Origin: an uncultured Thermoanaerobaculia bacterium
Lineage (GTDB): Bacteria; Acidobacteriota; UBA4820; DSQY01
Length of the DNA stretch: 64,000 bases
Direction: 5' to 3'
NCBI GenBank assembly: GCA_964507185.1
Contig: CAZDOY010000007.1
Coordinates: 39,260 to 103,259, forward strand
Shown: positions 48,368 to 58,019 of the stretch, piece by piece
Position numbering within the stretch: position 1 is the first letter of the stretch
How the letters are laid out: the number at the start of each line of letters is the position of its first letter
The notes under the pieces: model-generated
The model's database searches: none
What the model saw: the letters and a program-made list of their open reading frames with translations, nothing else
What the model was told of the DNA's origin: nothing
Position numbers and translations under genes: made by a program

Positions 48368-48917
48368 AAGACACCTCCAGCGTCTTTCGGAGGTTTCTCA
48401 GTCCGAAGAAATAGTGAGCCTTCACCGTTCCCTCGGCAAGCGACAGCACCTCCGCGATCTCCCTGAAAGATAGATCCAGCCACGTCCTGAGGATGACCAC
48501 CGAACGCTGCTGGGTCGGCAGGGTCTTCAGTACCCGCCTCAACCGGATGTTCCGTTCTTCCTCCAATGTGTCCGAATCGGGGGAACGGCCCGGGTTCCGT
48601 CCTTCCGGCACCTCTCCCGTCAGGATCTCGCGCTGAACGGTGGCCGACGCCAGGTGATTCAACGCGAGATTGTGGCCGATGCGAAAGAGAAAGGACCTGG
48701 TCGAACAGTCCCCGCGAAAGGAATCCAGCGAAGTTGCGAACCGCAGGAATGTTTCCTGGGCCAGTTCTTCCGCATCCGCCCGGTTGCGGACCATGCCCGC
48801 CAGGTACCTCACCAGCGGCGCCGTATGCGCTCTTACAAACGCCTCCAGGGCATCCTGGCGCTTTGCTTTTATATCGTCCAGCCATGGGTCTTTTGCCTCG
48901 GCCATAAAGTCATCCAC
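48357..48917 (-). CDS. ECF (sigma-70 family group 4) RNA polymerase sigma factor
   Basis: region 2 ...AEELAQETFLRF... and region 4 ...LSFREIAEVLSLAEGTVKAHYFFGLRNLRK. Confidence 0.85.
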   Translation of the reverse strand: MDDFMAEAKDPWLDDIKAKRQDALEAFVRAHTAPLVRYLAGMVRNRADAEELAQETFLRFATSLDSFRGDCSTRSFLFRIGHNLALNHLASATVQREILTGEVPEGRNPGRSPDSDTLEEERNIRLRRVLKTLPTQQRSVVILRTWLDLSFREIAEVLSLAEGTVKAHYFFGLRNLRKTLEVSCDA

Positions 48918-49060
48918 CCTAAGTGACCATGGTACGGCAGGAATGGTTTAATGATAACCGCCCCGTCCGGTCCCGTCCCGCTGTGAAACAAGACACAGCA
49001 CATGTGACAGAAACGACACATTGCAGAAACAATTCTTTAGTATTATCAAGAGTTAGGTTC

Positions 49061-49075
49061 TGGCACGCCCCTTGC
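49061..49075 (+). promoter_or_regulatory. sigma-54 (-24/-12) promoter TGGCAC-N5-TTGC upstream of lpxC
   Basis: tggcacgccccttgc exact consensus; GGGAGG SD and TTG start 49100 follow. Confidence 0.45.
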
Positions 49076-49099
49076 TAAAGGGGGCCAGGGAGGTGGTAC

Positions 49100-49993
49100 T
49101 TGTACTACCAGAGGACACTGAAACACGCCATCGAATGCAGCGGGATAGGTCTTCACTCGGGACGCAAGGTCTCCATGCGCCTCCTCCCTGCTCCGCCCGA
49201 CACGGGTATCGTTTTCCGGAGGGTGGACAAGGAAGGCTTTGAAATTCCGGCCAACTCGAACTACGTACAGAGAGTCGACTTCGCGACGACGCTTGGCTCC
49301 AGCGGGCTTCAGGTATCGACGGTCGAACACCTGCTCGGGGCTTTCTACGGTATGTGCGTGGACAACGTCGTCGTGGAGATAAATGCAGCCGAAGTCCCGA
49401 TCATGGACGGTTCGGCGGCGCCCTTTGTCTACCTCATCAGGGAGGCTGGGGCCATCAATCAGAACAAAACCAGGCGCTATTTTCGGGTGACGCGCCCCCT
49501 GGAAGTCCAGGAGGCGGACCGCTGGATCAAGATACTGCCCTCGGAGGAACTCCGGGTCACCTACACCATCGCCTTTGCGCACCCGCTGATCTACGAGCAG
49601 ACGCTGACTATCCCCATCAACGCCGGCACCTTCGTGGACCAGATCGCGCCGGCCCGGACCTTCGGTTTCATGAAGGACGTCGAAGCCCTCCGGGTCAGGG
49701 GGCTGGCGCTGGGCGGTTCCGTCGACAATGCCATCGTTCTGGGCGAGAGCCGCGCGCTCAACGCCGACCTCAGGTTCATCAACGAGTTCGTCCGGCACAA
49801 GATTCTCGACGTTCTGGGCGATCTCTCCCTGGCCGGGTATCCCCTCAAGGCGCATATCCTGGTCCACAAAGGCGGGCACCGCCTCCACACGGACATGGCC
49901 AAGCTCATCAACCGGTCCTCCGCCTTCAATGCAATAGAGTCTTCAGGGGAAGAGTCCACCGCTGCCCTGCGGTTGGCTCCCCCTATGGCGTAA
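49100..49993 (+). CDS. lpxC: UDP-3-O-acyl-N-acetylglucosamine deacetylase
   Basis: (M)YYQRTLKHAIECSGIGLHSGRKVSMRLLPAPPDTGIVFRRVD... aligns residue-for-residue with LpxC N-terminus; TTG start. Confidence 0.9.
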   Translation: MYYQRTLKHAIECSGIGLHSGRKVSMRLLPAPPDTGIVFRRVDKEGFEIPANSNYVQRVDFATTLGSSGLQVSTVEHLLGAFYGMCVDNVVVEINAAEVPIMDGSAAPFVYLIREAGAINQNKTRRYFRVTRPLEVQEADRWIKILPSEELRVTYTIAFAHPLIYEQTLTIPINAGTFVDQIAPARTFGFMKDVEALRVRGLALGGSVDNAIVLGESRALNADLRFINEFVRHKILDVLGDLSLAGYPLKAHILVHKGGHRLHTDMAKLINRSSAFNAIESSGEESTAALRLAPPMA

Positions 49994-50025
49994 CCTCCTT
50001 ACTCAACTTCCTTCCTCCAACCATC

Positions 50026-50052
50026 GAGGGCCTCAGGGCCCTCTCTTTTTTT
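50026..50052 (+). terminator. rho-independent terminator after lpxC
   Basis: gagggcctcagggccctc hairpin then tctttttttat. Confidence 0.55.
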
Positions 50053-50060
50053 ATGACCAA

Positions 50061-50211
50061 GTGATCGAGTAAAGAGTGACCGAGGCGGGGGGACCGCCTT
50101 CGAAGGCTGTACGTCTGTGCGTGAGTAAGGGAGCAGGTAAGTGCGGCGGGGGAGGACCTTCGAAAGTTTGCCACCTGCCGCAGTTAAATCCCAAATCCCA
50201 ATTCCGAAATC
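50061..50211 (+). repeat. intergenic repeat family, copy D between lpxC terminator and topA 3' end
   Basis: gtgatcgagtaaagagtgaccgaggcggggggaccgCCTTCGAAGGctg ... gggagcaggtaag ... gaccttcgaaagtttgcc ... aaatcccaaatcccaattccgaaatcg. Confidence 0.5.
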
Positions 50212-50215
50212 GCCT

Positions 50216-52591
50216 TCAGCCCTTCTCTTCGATCGGTTCGCTGTACTTGCAGGCCTTTTCGGGGCACGCCTTGACCGGCCCGCTCTTCGTCTGGCGTTCG
50301 ATAAGATAGGGACTGCCGCAGGTGGGACAGGGCCCCGGCAGAGGTTTCGACCAGGAGATGAAGTCGCACTCAGGGTAGCCCGTACAGCCGTAGAAAAGCT
50401 TCCGCCTCTTGGTAAAGCGCTTGGCCAAGGGCTTTCCGCACTTGGGACACGGTGTTTCCACCGTCTCCTTCTGGATGTATTTGCAGGTAGGGTAGTTGGA
50501 ACACGCGACAAATGGGCCATAGCGGCCGTGCTTCTTCACGAGGTTCGAGCCGCATTCCGGGCATTTCTCTTCCAGGGGCTCGTCTTTGGCCACGACCACG
50601 CTGCCCGATTTGTCCTTTCGGATCTTCAGCGTGTATTTGCATTCGGGGTAACGCTCGCAGGCCAGAAATGCGCCGTAACGCCCCTGGCGTACCGCCATGG
50701 GGCTCCCGCACTTTTCACACGTTTTGGCGTCCTCGGGCACCTCGGGAGGCTTCTCGTCGGGCAGGGGGCGGGTTCCCTTGCATTCCGGGTAACCGGAACA
50801 GGCGAGAAAGCGTCCGAATCGGCCCATCTTGAGGACCATCGGGCGTCCGCACTTGTCGCAGACTTCGTCGGTCGCCTGGCCCTCCTTGCGGAGGTCCACC
50901 ATCTCACCCTTGGCCGCTTCGAGCTCCTTGTGGAAGTCCGTCCAGAACCGCTCCAGCAGTTTCTGCCGGTCCATGGCCCCGTTTTCGACTTTGTCGAGGT
51001 TCTCTTCCATGGCGGCCGTGTAACCGATGTCGAACAGCGCGGGGAAGTGCTTGATCAGGATCTGGCTGACCAGCATGCCCATGTCGGTGGGCACGAGGGC
51101 ACCCTTTTCCTTCTCCACGTAGGTTCGTTCCTGGATCGTCGAGATGATGGTCGCGTAGGTGGAGGGCCGTCCGATGCCGTTCTCCTCCAGGGCCTTCACG
51201 AGGGTCGCCTCGGTGTAGCGGGGGGGCGGCTCGGTGAACTTCTGCTCCGACTTGAGATCGAGCAGCGTCAGACTCTCGCCCTGTGTGAGGGGAGGTAACA
51301 CGCCCTTCTCGTCGTTTTCCTCGACCTCGTAGACCGCGAGGAACCCCTGGAAGCGGCAGACGGAGCCAGAGGCGCTGAACAGGGCGTCGCCGCACGCCGC
51401 CTGTACCTTCGTGGCGTCGAAAAGGGCGTCCGCCATCTGGCTCGCAACGAACCGTCGCCAGATCAATCGGTAAAGGGCGAACTCGTCGCGGCCCAGATAG
51501 GGTTTCACGCTTTCGGGCGTGCGTCCCGCATCGGTGGGGCGGATCGCCTCATGGGCGTCCTGAGCCGCCTTCTTCGGCGCGTACAAACGGGGCTTCGGAG
51601 GAAGGAAGTCTCCGCCGAAGGTTTCCTGCACGAACGCCCTGGCCGCATCCACCGCCTGGGGTGAGACGCGGGTCGAATCGGTCCTCATGTAGGTGATGAG
51701 TCCCACCGTCTCCCCTCCGGCCAGGTCGACGCCCTCATACAGGCGCTGGGCCACGGACATGGTCTTCTTCACCGGAAACTTCAGAAGCCTGGCCGCCTCC
51801 TGTTGCAGTTTGCTCGTGATGAAAGGCGGAGACGGGCTCTTCTTCTGCTTCTTCTTTTCCAGCTTCGCGACGGACCAGTCCCGGTCTTTCAGGTGCGCCA
51901 GCAACGCATCGTTTTCTTCCGCGTTGCGTATCTGCGACTTCTTGCCTTTCCACTGGGTGAGCCTGGCGTCGAAAGGCTTGGCCCGCCCACCTTCGCCGCA
52001 CAGCGAGGCGGTTACGGCCCAGTATTCTTCGGGTTGAAAGGCCCGGATGGTGTCCTCCCGCTCGCAGATCATCCTGAGGGCCACGGTCTGTACGCGTCCG
52101 GCCGACAGGCCCTTGCGCACCTTGTCCCAGAGCAACGGCGAAATCTGGTATCCGACGAGGCGGTCGATGATGCGGCGGGCGATCTGAGCGTTGACCTTCT
52201 GGGGGTCCACCTCTATGGGGTGGGCGACGGCGGCCTTGACCGCGGAAGAAGTAATCTCGTGAAAGAGGACGCGCTCGATGGGTTTGCCCATCTCTTTCAA
52301 GAGCTCTGAAAGGTGGTAGCAGATGGCCTCTCCTTCCCGGTCGGGGTCTGCCGCAAGGAGGATGGTGCCGGCTCTGGAGGCGGCCGTATGGATCTTGCTC
52401 ACGACGCTCTTCTTCGCGGGGAGAACGACGAAGGTGGGACGGAAATTCTTGTCCACGTCCACGGCCAGTTTATTGCCGGGAAGGTCTCGCACGTGCCCCA
52501 TGGAGGCCATGACGGAAAAGCCCTTGCCCAGGTATTTCTGTATGGCCCTTGCTTTGGCCGGCGATTCGACGATCAGGAGTGTGTCTGCCAT
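50216..52591 (-). CDS. topA: DNA topoisomerase I with multiple C-terminal C4 zinc ribbons
   Basis: MADTLLIVESPAKARAIQKYLGKGFSVMASMGHVRDLP... TOPRIM; repeated CxxC...CxxC ribbons at C-terminus. Confidence 0.9.
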   Translation of the reverse strand: MADTLLIVESPAKARAIQKYLGKGFSVMASMGHVRDLPGNKLAVDVDKNFRPTFVVLPAKKSVVSKIHTAASRAGTILLAADPDREGEAICYHLSELLKEMGKPIERVLFHEITSSAVKAAVAHPIEVDPQKVNAQIARRIIDRLVGYQISPLLWDKVRKGLSAGRVQTVALRMICEREDTIRAFQPEEYWAVTASLCGEGGRAKPFDARLTQWKGKKSQIRNAEENDALLAHLKDRDWSVAKLEKKKQKKSPSPPFITSKLQQEAARLLKFPVKKTMSVAQRLYEGVDLAGGETVGLITYMRTDSTRVSPQAVDAARAFVQETFGGDFLPPKPRLYAPKKAAQDAHEAIRPTDAGRTPESVKPYLGRDEFALYRLIWRRFVASQMADALFDATKVQAACGDALFSASGSVCRFQGFLAVYEVEENDEKGVLPPLTQGESLTLLDLKSEQKFTEPPPRYTEATLVKALEENGIGRPSTYATIISTIQERTYVEKEKGALVPTDMGMLVSQILIKHFPALFDIGYTAAMEENLDKVENGAMDRQKLLERFWTDFHKELEAAKGEMVDLRKEGQATDEVCDKCGRPMVLKMGRFGRFLACSGYPECKGTRPLPDEKPPEVPEDAKTCEKCGSPMAVRQGRYGAFLACERYPECKYTLKIRKDKSGSVVVAKDEPLEEKCPECGSNLVKKHGRYGPFVACSNYPTCKYIQKETVETPCPKCGKPLAKRFTKRRKLFYGCTGYPECDFISWSKPLPGPCPTCGSPYLIERQTKSGPVKACPEKACKYSEPIEEKG

Positions 52592-53703
52592 TCATTCGGC
52601 TCCTTGGGTGATGTCCTGCGGGCATACCGCGTACCGGGCAATTCTACACATAGCCCGGCCATTTGCAACTCGACAAGGACCGTGAGAATGTCCGGGGCGG
52701 ACAGGCCGGACTCGACGCTCAACCGGTCTATGCTCCTCCCCTCGTCCGCGCTCATCGCATCAAAGAGAACGCGCGCCTTGGCGGACAATGCCGAGTCTCC
52801 GCCCTCGGTCCCGGCGGGAATATCGTTAAGAGGTTTCAATCTGCAACATGTGTCTGGGGGAAATTCTTCCAGGACGTCGGCGACTTGCTGGACCAGCTTG
52901 GCACCCTTCTGAATAAGAGTATTCGGGCCTATGCCGGTACGGCTGGTGATGTTGTGAGGCACGGCGAAGACCTCTCGTCCCGTTTCAAGTGCGAAACGAG
53001 CAGTGACGAGAGACCCCGACTTTTCGGTCGCCTCGACGACCAGTACCCCTGAAGTCAGACCTGAAATAACGCGGTTTCGAACGGGAAAATTCCTCGGAAG
53101 GGGCGGCGTCCCAGGCGGGTACTCGCTGATGATCGCCCCGCCCCTGTCCAGGATATTCTGCATAAGCCCATCGTTTTCAGGCGGATATATTCTGTCTATA
53201 CCCGTGCCCAGGACGGCGGCCGCGTGTCCTTCGACTGCCAGGGAACCCTGATGGGCGGCCGTGTCAATACCGCGCGCCAGACCGCTCACGACTGCCATTC
53301 CGGCGTACACGAGTTCCTTCGCCAGCGTCCTTGCGACGTTCTGACCGTAGACGGTGCACAGCCGGGATCCGACCACCGCGATCGCGGGCAGGGAGAAAAC
53401 CTCCAGGGACCCCTTAACGTACAGCGCGGGCGGGGGATCGGGCAGACTGCGGAGAGACTCCGGATAGCCGGGATCGTCCCATGAAAGGATGGTAACGCCC
53501 TCCTTTTCCGCCGCTCGATCCGCTTCTTCGGCGCCCTCCCAGTCCAGTTTGGCAAGCGACTTGCTTATGTTGGGGTGTAGTTTCACGGGGCGGGCGCCTT
53601 CCCTGAGGGAACGAAGCAAGGCCTTCTTCCCGAGCAGTTCGGCCCTGAGGACGGTCGATAGGGATGTCAAGCGCGTCAGGGCGCTGTAAAGATAAGGTTC
53701 CAC
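52573..53703 (-). CDS. dprA: DNA processing protein A (Smf)
   Basis: ...AVVGSRLCTVYGQNVARTLAKELVYAGMAVVSGLARGIDTAAHQGSL... Rossmann-like DprA domain; conserved dprA-topA linkage. Confidence 0.85.
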   Translation of the reverse strand: MEPYLYSALTRLTSLSTVLRAELLGKKALLRSLREGARPVKLHPNISKSLAKLDWEGAEEADRAAEKEGVTILSWDDPGYPESLRSLPDPPPALYVKGSLEVFSLPAIAVVGSRLCTVYGQNVARTLAKELVYAGMAVVSGLARGIDTAAHQGSLAVEGHAAAVLGTGIDRIYPPENDGLMQNILDRGGAIISEYPPGTPPLPRNFPVRNRVISGLTSGVLVVEATEKSGSLVTARFALETGREVFAVPHNITSRTGIGPNTLIQKGAKLVQQVADVLEEFPPDTCCRLKPLNDIPAGTEGGDSALSAKARVLFDAMSADEGRSIDRLSVESGLSAPDILTVLVELQMAGLCVELPGTRYARRTSPKEPNEWQTHS

Positions 53704-53788
53704 TCTGGCTCCAAGCGACGAAAAGGCAAGAATCTATAACACATGAAATGAACCAAGGCAATCATCATCACTACATGGGGAATGCAAA

Positions 53789-54376
53789 ATGGTATCGAGA
53801 TCTTATTTTGAACAGACGGCTCTGGTTCACATCGACTTCCTGTACAACCTGGCCCTCAAGATAACCCGCAACGAGGACGACGCCCAGGACCTGGTGCAGG
53901 AGACCTACCTGCGTGCCTATCGCTTCTTCGACAAGTACGAGCCCGGGACAAACTGCAAGGCCTGGCTCTACCGTATCATGAAAAATACCTTTATCAACCA
54001 CTACAGGAAACAGCACCGCAGACCGAGTGAGGTGGACTTCGATTCCATCGAGGAGACGCAGGAATCTCACGTTCGGTCGGATAGTTCATGGCCCCAGAAT
54101 CCGGAACAGACGCTGATAAATTCGATCATCCGCGAGGACGTTCGAAACGCCTTCCTCCAGTTGCCCCAGGGATATCGTGAAGCTCTGGCACTGTCCCTGT
54201 TGGGAGGTAAGTCCTACAAGGAGATCGCGGACATGATGGACTGCCCCATCGGAACCATCATGTCGCGCATCCACCGCGCCCGCAAACTCATGCAGAAGCA
54301 ACTGACGGAGCACGCCGAGGAAAAGAGCTGGGTCGTACCGTCCGAAGCCACCCAACAGCTCGCCCAGGGCGCGTAG
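53789..54376 (+). CDS. ECF RNA polymerase sigma factor (SigR/RpoE-like)
   Basis: ...DAQDLVQETYLRAYRFFDKYEPGTNCKAWLYRIMKNTFINHYRK... and ...KSYKEIADMMDCPIGTIMSRIHRARKLM. Confidence 0.85.
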   Translation: MVSRSYFEQTALVHIDFLYNLALKITRNEDDAQDLVQETYLRAYRFFDKYEPGTNCKAWLYRIMKNTFINHYRKQHRRPSEVDFDSIEETQESHVRSDSSWPQNPEQTLINSIIREDVRNAFLQLPQGYREALALSLLGGKSYKEIADMMDCPIGTIMSRIHRARKLMQKQLTEHAEEKSWVVPSEATQQLAQGA

Positions 54377-54468
54377 ATCTTGCTCGTTCGGGACGACTCG
54401 TTCTCGGTTCGATCCGGGCAGCAGGTCTAAATCACCCAGCACGAACCCGAAAGAACGTATCAGAAATT

Positions 54469-54519
54469 AATCGGGCCCTCCCAGGGTTACATTCGGAAGG
54501 AGGGCCCGATTTGTTTTTT
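54469..54519 (+). terminator. strong hairpin plus T-run between ECF sigma gene and its ZAS anti-sigma gene (terminator/attenuator)
   Basis: atcgggccctcc-N17-ggagggcccgat followed by ttgttttttt. Confidence 0.5.
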
Positions 54520-54528
54520 TCGGGCGAA

Positions 54529-54846
54529 ATGGGTGGCGACGTGGATTGCGTAAGAGTCAGGGCGCTCTTGCCCCTGGTTGTAGCGGATAGGATAAAAGGG
54601 AACCGGTTGCAGAAGATCCGGGAGCACCTCTCTTTCTGCCTCCCGTGCCGCCGCGCCTACGAGGCGCGCAGGCGGCTTCACAGTTCCGTGTCCACGAGCC
54701 TGTCTGGCTCCAAGGCCGCGCCCGGCCAGCTTAAGGAATCCATCAGGGCGTGCATGGACTGTATGGACAACCCGGGCAAGAGGGTGTGTCCGAGGCTGCG
54801 CTTCAAAGTGCGGCTTGTTACGCCTCCTCCCGATGATCTAAAATAG
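54529..54846 (+). CDS. soluble zinc-finger (zf-HC2/ZAS) anti-sigma factor, RsrA/ChrR-N-like (105 aa)
   Basis: MGGDVDCVRVRALLPLVVADRIKGNRLQKIREHLSFCLPCRRAYEA (C...H-x3-C-x2-C); no TM; track start at 54511 lies inside the terminator T-run. Confidence 0.55.
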   Translation: MGGDVDCVRVRALLPLVVADRIKGNRLQKIREHLSFCLPCRRAYEARRRLHSSVSTSLSGSKAAPGQLKESIRACMDCMDNPGKRVCPRLRFKVRLVTPPPDDLK

Positions 54847-54936
54847 CGTCCGTTTGGCGCCAAAGGCAGAAAACAGGCCCGTTCCAGGTGGAAATGGGAA
54901 TTCAGTCTGAGGGCGAGCCCCTTGAGGAGTCGATAG

Positions 54937-55455
54937 ATGAAGAAAACCATGACAAAGGTACTCACCGTTCTTCTCGTGCTTGCGAGCGTAATGGTCCTGA
55001 CACCGGTCCTGGCCGGGACGGACGTGGGTGAGCCGGCCACCAACTTTACGCTGCAGCAGATCAACGGTGGGAAGAAGGTCACCCTCTCGCAACTCAAGGG
55101 GAAGCCTACTCTCGTCGTCTTCTGGGCTACCTGGTGCCCGCCCTGCCGGCGGGAGATTCCCCTTCTGAAGAAACTGGATAAAGAGTACGGCCCCAAAGGC
55201 CTGCAAATCGTCGCACTGGCGCTCAACTACCGGGAGACGCAGGACGTGGTCGCCAAGTTCATCAAAGATCACGAACTGCCGTACACGGTTCTCTGGGACG
55301 AGGACAACAAGACGGCCGATGCCTATTCCGTCACGGGCATACCGACGGCCGTCCTCGTGGATGCGAACGGCGTGATCCGCTTCAGGGGGCACCAGCTAGA
55401 AGATCCCGCTTTCATGGGGCTCCTGAAGGACTACACATCCTCCAAGGCCTCCTGA
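54937..55455 (+). CDS. TlpA/ResA-like periplasmic thiol:disulfide oxidoreductase (thioredoxin fold)
   Basis: signal peptide; ...TLVVFWATWCPPCRREIPLL... Confidence 0.8.
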   Translation: MKKTMTKVLTVLLVLASVMVLTPVLAGTDVGEPATNFTLQQINGGKKVTLSQLKGKPTLVVFWATWCPPCRREIPLLKKLDKEYGPKGLQIVALALNYRETQDVVAKFIKDHELPYTVLWDEDNKTADAYSVTGIPTAVLVDANGVIRFRGHQLEDPAFMGLLKDYTSSKAS

Positions 55456-55483
55456 TCGAGGCGCCGCCCCGCACGGTATAGAA

Positions 55484-55514
55484 GGCCCGGCCCTGATGGG
55501 ACCGGGCCTTTTCA
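55484..55514 (+). terminator. rho-independent terminator after tlpA-like gene
   Basis: ggcccggccctgatgggaccgggcc then ttttca. Confidence 0.5.
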
Positions 55515-55517
55515 TCG

Positions 55518-57857
55518 TCACCGGCGCGGCGGGGGAAGCCAGCTCCCGTTTCTCATCCTGTAAACCATTGGACGTCGCGACGGCCAGGCTACGAGAAGAG
55601 CGCCGTCGCGATCTGTCCTGAAAATCGACGATCCAATCCTGATGTAGCGTTGGAGTACGCTCTGGGCCGGGTGGCCGAACCGGTTGGCGCGTCCCACGGA
55701 GAAGAAAGCTGCGCGCGGCGAAGAGGCCTGTACCCAGGGCGGGGTGCTGGAGGTGGCCGAGCCGTGATGTGGAACGATTTCGCCGAATACGGGCCGGATC
55801 AGCCCCCCTTCCAGGATGTGGCGTTCGGCGTCCGCCTCGATGTCCCCCGTCACAAGGAACGTGCGGCCGCCCTCACGAATCCGGGCCACCAGGCATCGGT
55901 CGTTCTCGCTGCTCTCCGGCCTGTCGGGGTCGGGATGCAGGATCTCCGCTCTGAAAGCTCCTACCCTCAAGGTGTCGGACGTCCTGAGAGGAATGAGTGA
56001 CACGCCCTCTGACCTCGCCGTTCGGGCGATGAACCCGGGCAGTCCGCGTGACGGGGGATCGGTCGCCGGGTAAGCAACGAATCCGACGTCCAGATCCCTC
56101 AGAAGATCCGGGGTCGCTCCCGAATGGTCCGAATCCCAGTGGGTGAGTACGATACCGTCTACGCGGCGGCGCCCGGCGGCGGCGAGGAAAGGCTCGATCA
56201 CCGTCCGGGCCGAAGAGGTCCCTCTCATCATCGGTGTGCCCGCATCGAAGAGAATCGTCCGTCCGTCCCGGCAGAAGACCTGGCAGGAAGCCTCGCCGAC
56301 GTCGAGGACGACCACGGAGGGATCGGGCAGGCGGGGCCGGAGCCACGGTAGCGTCCATGCGCCGACGACCGCAACGGTCGCGAGGACCCACCCCGCACGT
56401 CTCCGCCTTCCCGGCACGGCCAGCGCGCACAGTCCCGCGACGAAGAGCACGGTCCACACCAGGGCTGGACGGGGAATGAAGATCGAGCCCCACCCGGCCG
56501 CCCCCAACCGGGTGGGGAGAACCATGAATATGCGGGCCGACAGGGCCAGTCCCTTGCCCAACACCTGGTGAACGCCGGGGACGAAGGCGAGCCCCAGGAT
56601 GTATGGCAGTCCGAGAACCTGAATGGCCATGATGGGCACGGACGCCAGGGGCGTTGCCAGCCAGCCCAGCGGGGAGATCCTGTGGAAGTCCAGGGCGAGA
56701 ATGGGCAGGGTCGACAGCTGGGCCGAGAAACCGACCCAGAGAAGGCGGGTGATCCACCCGGCTGCCCCTTCCATGGCGAAGTGTGCGGGCATGGCGTTCC
56801 AGAGTCCGATGATGCCCAGTGTGGCTGCAAAGGTGAGCTGGAAGCCGGTGTCGAGGATCCACGCGGGGTTCCAGATGAGAAGCGCGGCCAGCGAAACGCT
56901 CCAGGCGTAGAGCGCGCCCTGGGGTCTGGCCAGCAGGCAGGCTGCCAGGAATATCCCGGCCATGAACAGAGCCCTGACGAGAGATGGGCTTGCCGAGGCG
57001 AGGAGCCCGTAGACGATCAAGAGGCAGAGGCCCGAGACGTCCCTCCAGGCCGGCGGGATGCCGGCCAGGTGCGCCACCAGCGCCAGAAGAACCAGCAGGA
57101 GGCCCACGTGCAGGCCGGAAAGCGCCACCAGATGAAAGAGGCCGGACCGGCTCAGGGCGTCGCGCTGGCCCGTCGTGAGAAGGCCCCTTTCCCCGAGAAG
57201 GACCGCCAGCAGGAGTCCGCTGTCCGCGCCCGCGTCCGACCGCAACCGTCTCTCCAGGACGTGCCGGTAGGCGGAGAAGGGGTGGGGCAGGGAGGCGCGA
57301 CCAATTCGTACGAGCCGGGGGCTCCGACACCCGGCGGTCAAAAGGATGCCCTTGCGCCGCAGGTAGGCGCGGCGGTCGAATTCGCCCGGGTTCTGCGGCC
57401 CCCGCGGGCGCTGAAGCCGGAGGCTCGCCTCCACGGAAACGCCGGCAACGGGAGGTCGGATGGGCAGGTAGGCCCGAACCAGCGCATTGCACGCGCGCCA
57501 GGCGTCTGCGGTTTCGAAAGACGTCAGCCGGAGAAGACAACGGGATCCGTCCGGCCAGGGTTCGGAGTGGAGAACGCGCCCTCTCACCCACGCGTAGACC
57601 GGCACGCCGGACCGGGCCACACTGTCGACCAGCGGATCGGGCCGCGCGGCGTGACGTCCGACGTTGCCGACGGCCAGCCCGGCCAGGATGGCGCAGACAG
57701 GCAAGACCCGGAGCAGCCGCTTCCGGCGGGCCGCGAAAGCACCCAGCAGGCAGGCGCACAGCCCCCATCCGACGGAGGCTGAAATCCACGCCGAGAGTCC
57801 GATTCCGGCCGCGAAGGCCGAAAGGAGGAGCGGCCGGGATATGGTCCGGTTAGTCAT
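55518..57857 (-). CDS. comEC: DNA internalization-related competence protein ComEC/Rec2 (competence domain plus metallo-beta-lactamase domain)
   Basis: multi-TM competence domain; C-term ...VLDVGEASCQVFCRDGRTILFDAG...IVLTHWDSDHSGA... MBL fold. Confidence 0.85.
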   Translation of the reverse strand: MTNRTISRPLLLSAFAAGIGLSAWISASVGWGLCACLLGAFAARRKRLLRVLPVCAILAGLAVGNVGRHAARPDPLVDSVARSGVPVYAWVRGRVLHSEPWPDGSRCLLRLTSFETADAWRACNALVRAYLPIRPPVAGVSVEASLRLQRPRGPQNPGEFDRRAYLRRKGILLTAGCRSPRLVRIGRASLPHPFSAYRHVLERRLRSDAGADSGLLLAVLLGERGLLTTGQRDALSRSGLFHLVALSGLHVGLLLVLLALVAHLAGIPPAWRDVSGLCLLIVYGLLASASPSLVRALFMAGIFLAACLLARPQGALYAWSVSLAALLIWNPAWILDTGFQLTFAATLGIIGLWNAMPAHFAMEGAAGWITRLLWVGFSAQLSTLPILALDFHRISPLGWLATPLASVPIMAIQVLGLPYILGLAFVPGVHQVLGKGLALSARIFMVLPTRLGAAGWGSIFIPRPALVWTVLFVAGLCALAVPGRRRRAGWVLATVAVVGAWTLPWLRPRLPDPSVVVLDVGEASCQVFCRDGRTILFDAGTPMMRGTSSARTVIEPFLAAAGRRRVDGIVLTHWDSDHSGATPDLLRDLDVGFVAYPATDPPSRGLPGFIARTARSEGVSLIPLRTSDTLRVGAFRAEILHPDPDRPESSENDRCLVARIREGGRTFLVTGDIEADAERHILEGGLIRPVFGEIVPHHGSATSSTPPWVQASSPRAAFFSVGRANRFGHPAQSVLQRYIRIGSSIFRTDRDGALLVAWPSRRPMVYRMRNGSWLPPPRR

Positions 57858-57946
57858 GGCCCAACCTTACCGAGGGGTGACGATCAGCCTGGCGGGCGCA
57901 ACGGGTTCGGCCGGATCCGCTGCGGGGCCCTCCGCAAACGAAAGAG

Positions 57947-57988
57947 GCCTTTCCCCGGCTCCGGACGTCGAATCCCGGGGAAAGGCCA
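57947..57988 (-). terminator. 13-bp perfect-stem hairpin downstream of the Sec-thioredoxin/TPR gene (candidate terminator)
   Basis: ggcctttccccgg-N16-ccggggaaaggcc; on minus strand followed by ucuuucguuug. Confidence 0.4.
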
Positions 57989-58019
57989 TCAGATTTACCG
58001 TTCCTGGAATCTTCCCGGA

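Noticed and set aside
55873-57789. 638-aa (-) and 404-aa (+) ORFs overlapping comEC
   Set aside because: Arg/Pro/Gly-rich. comEC frame supported by competence-domain TM pattern and C-terminal metallo-beta-lactamase motifs.
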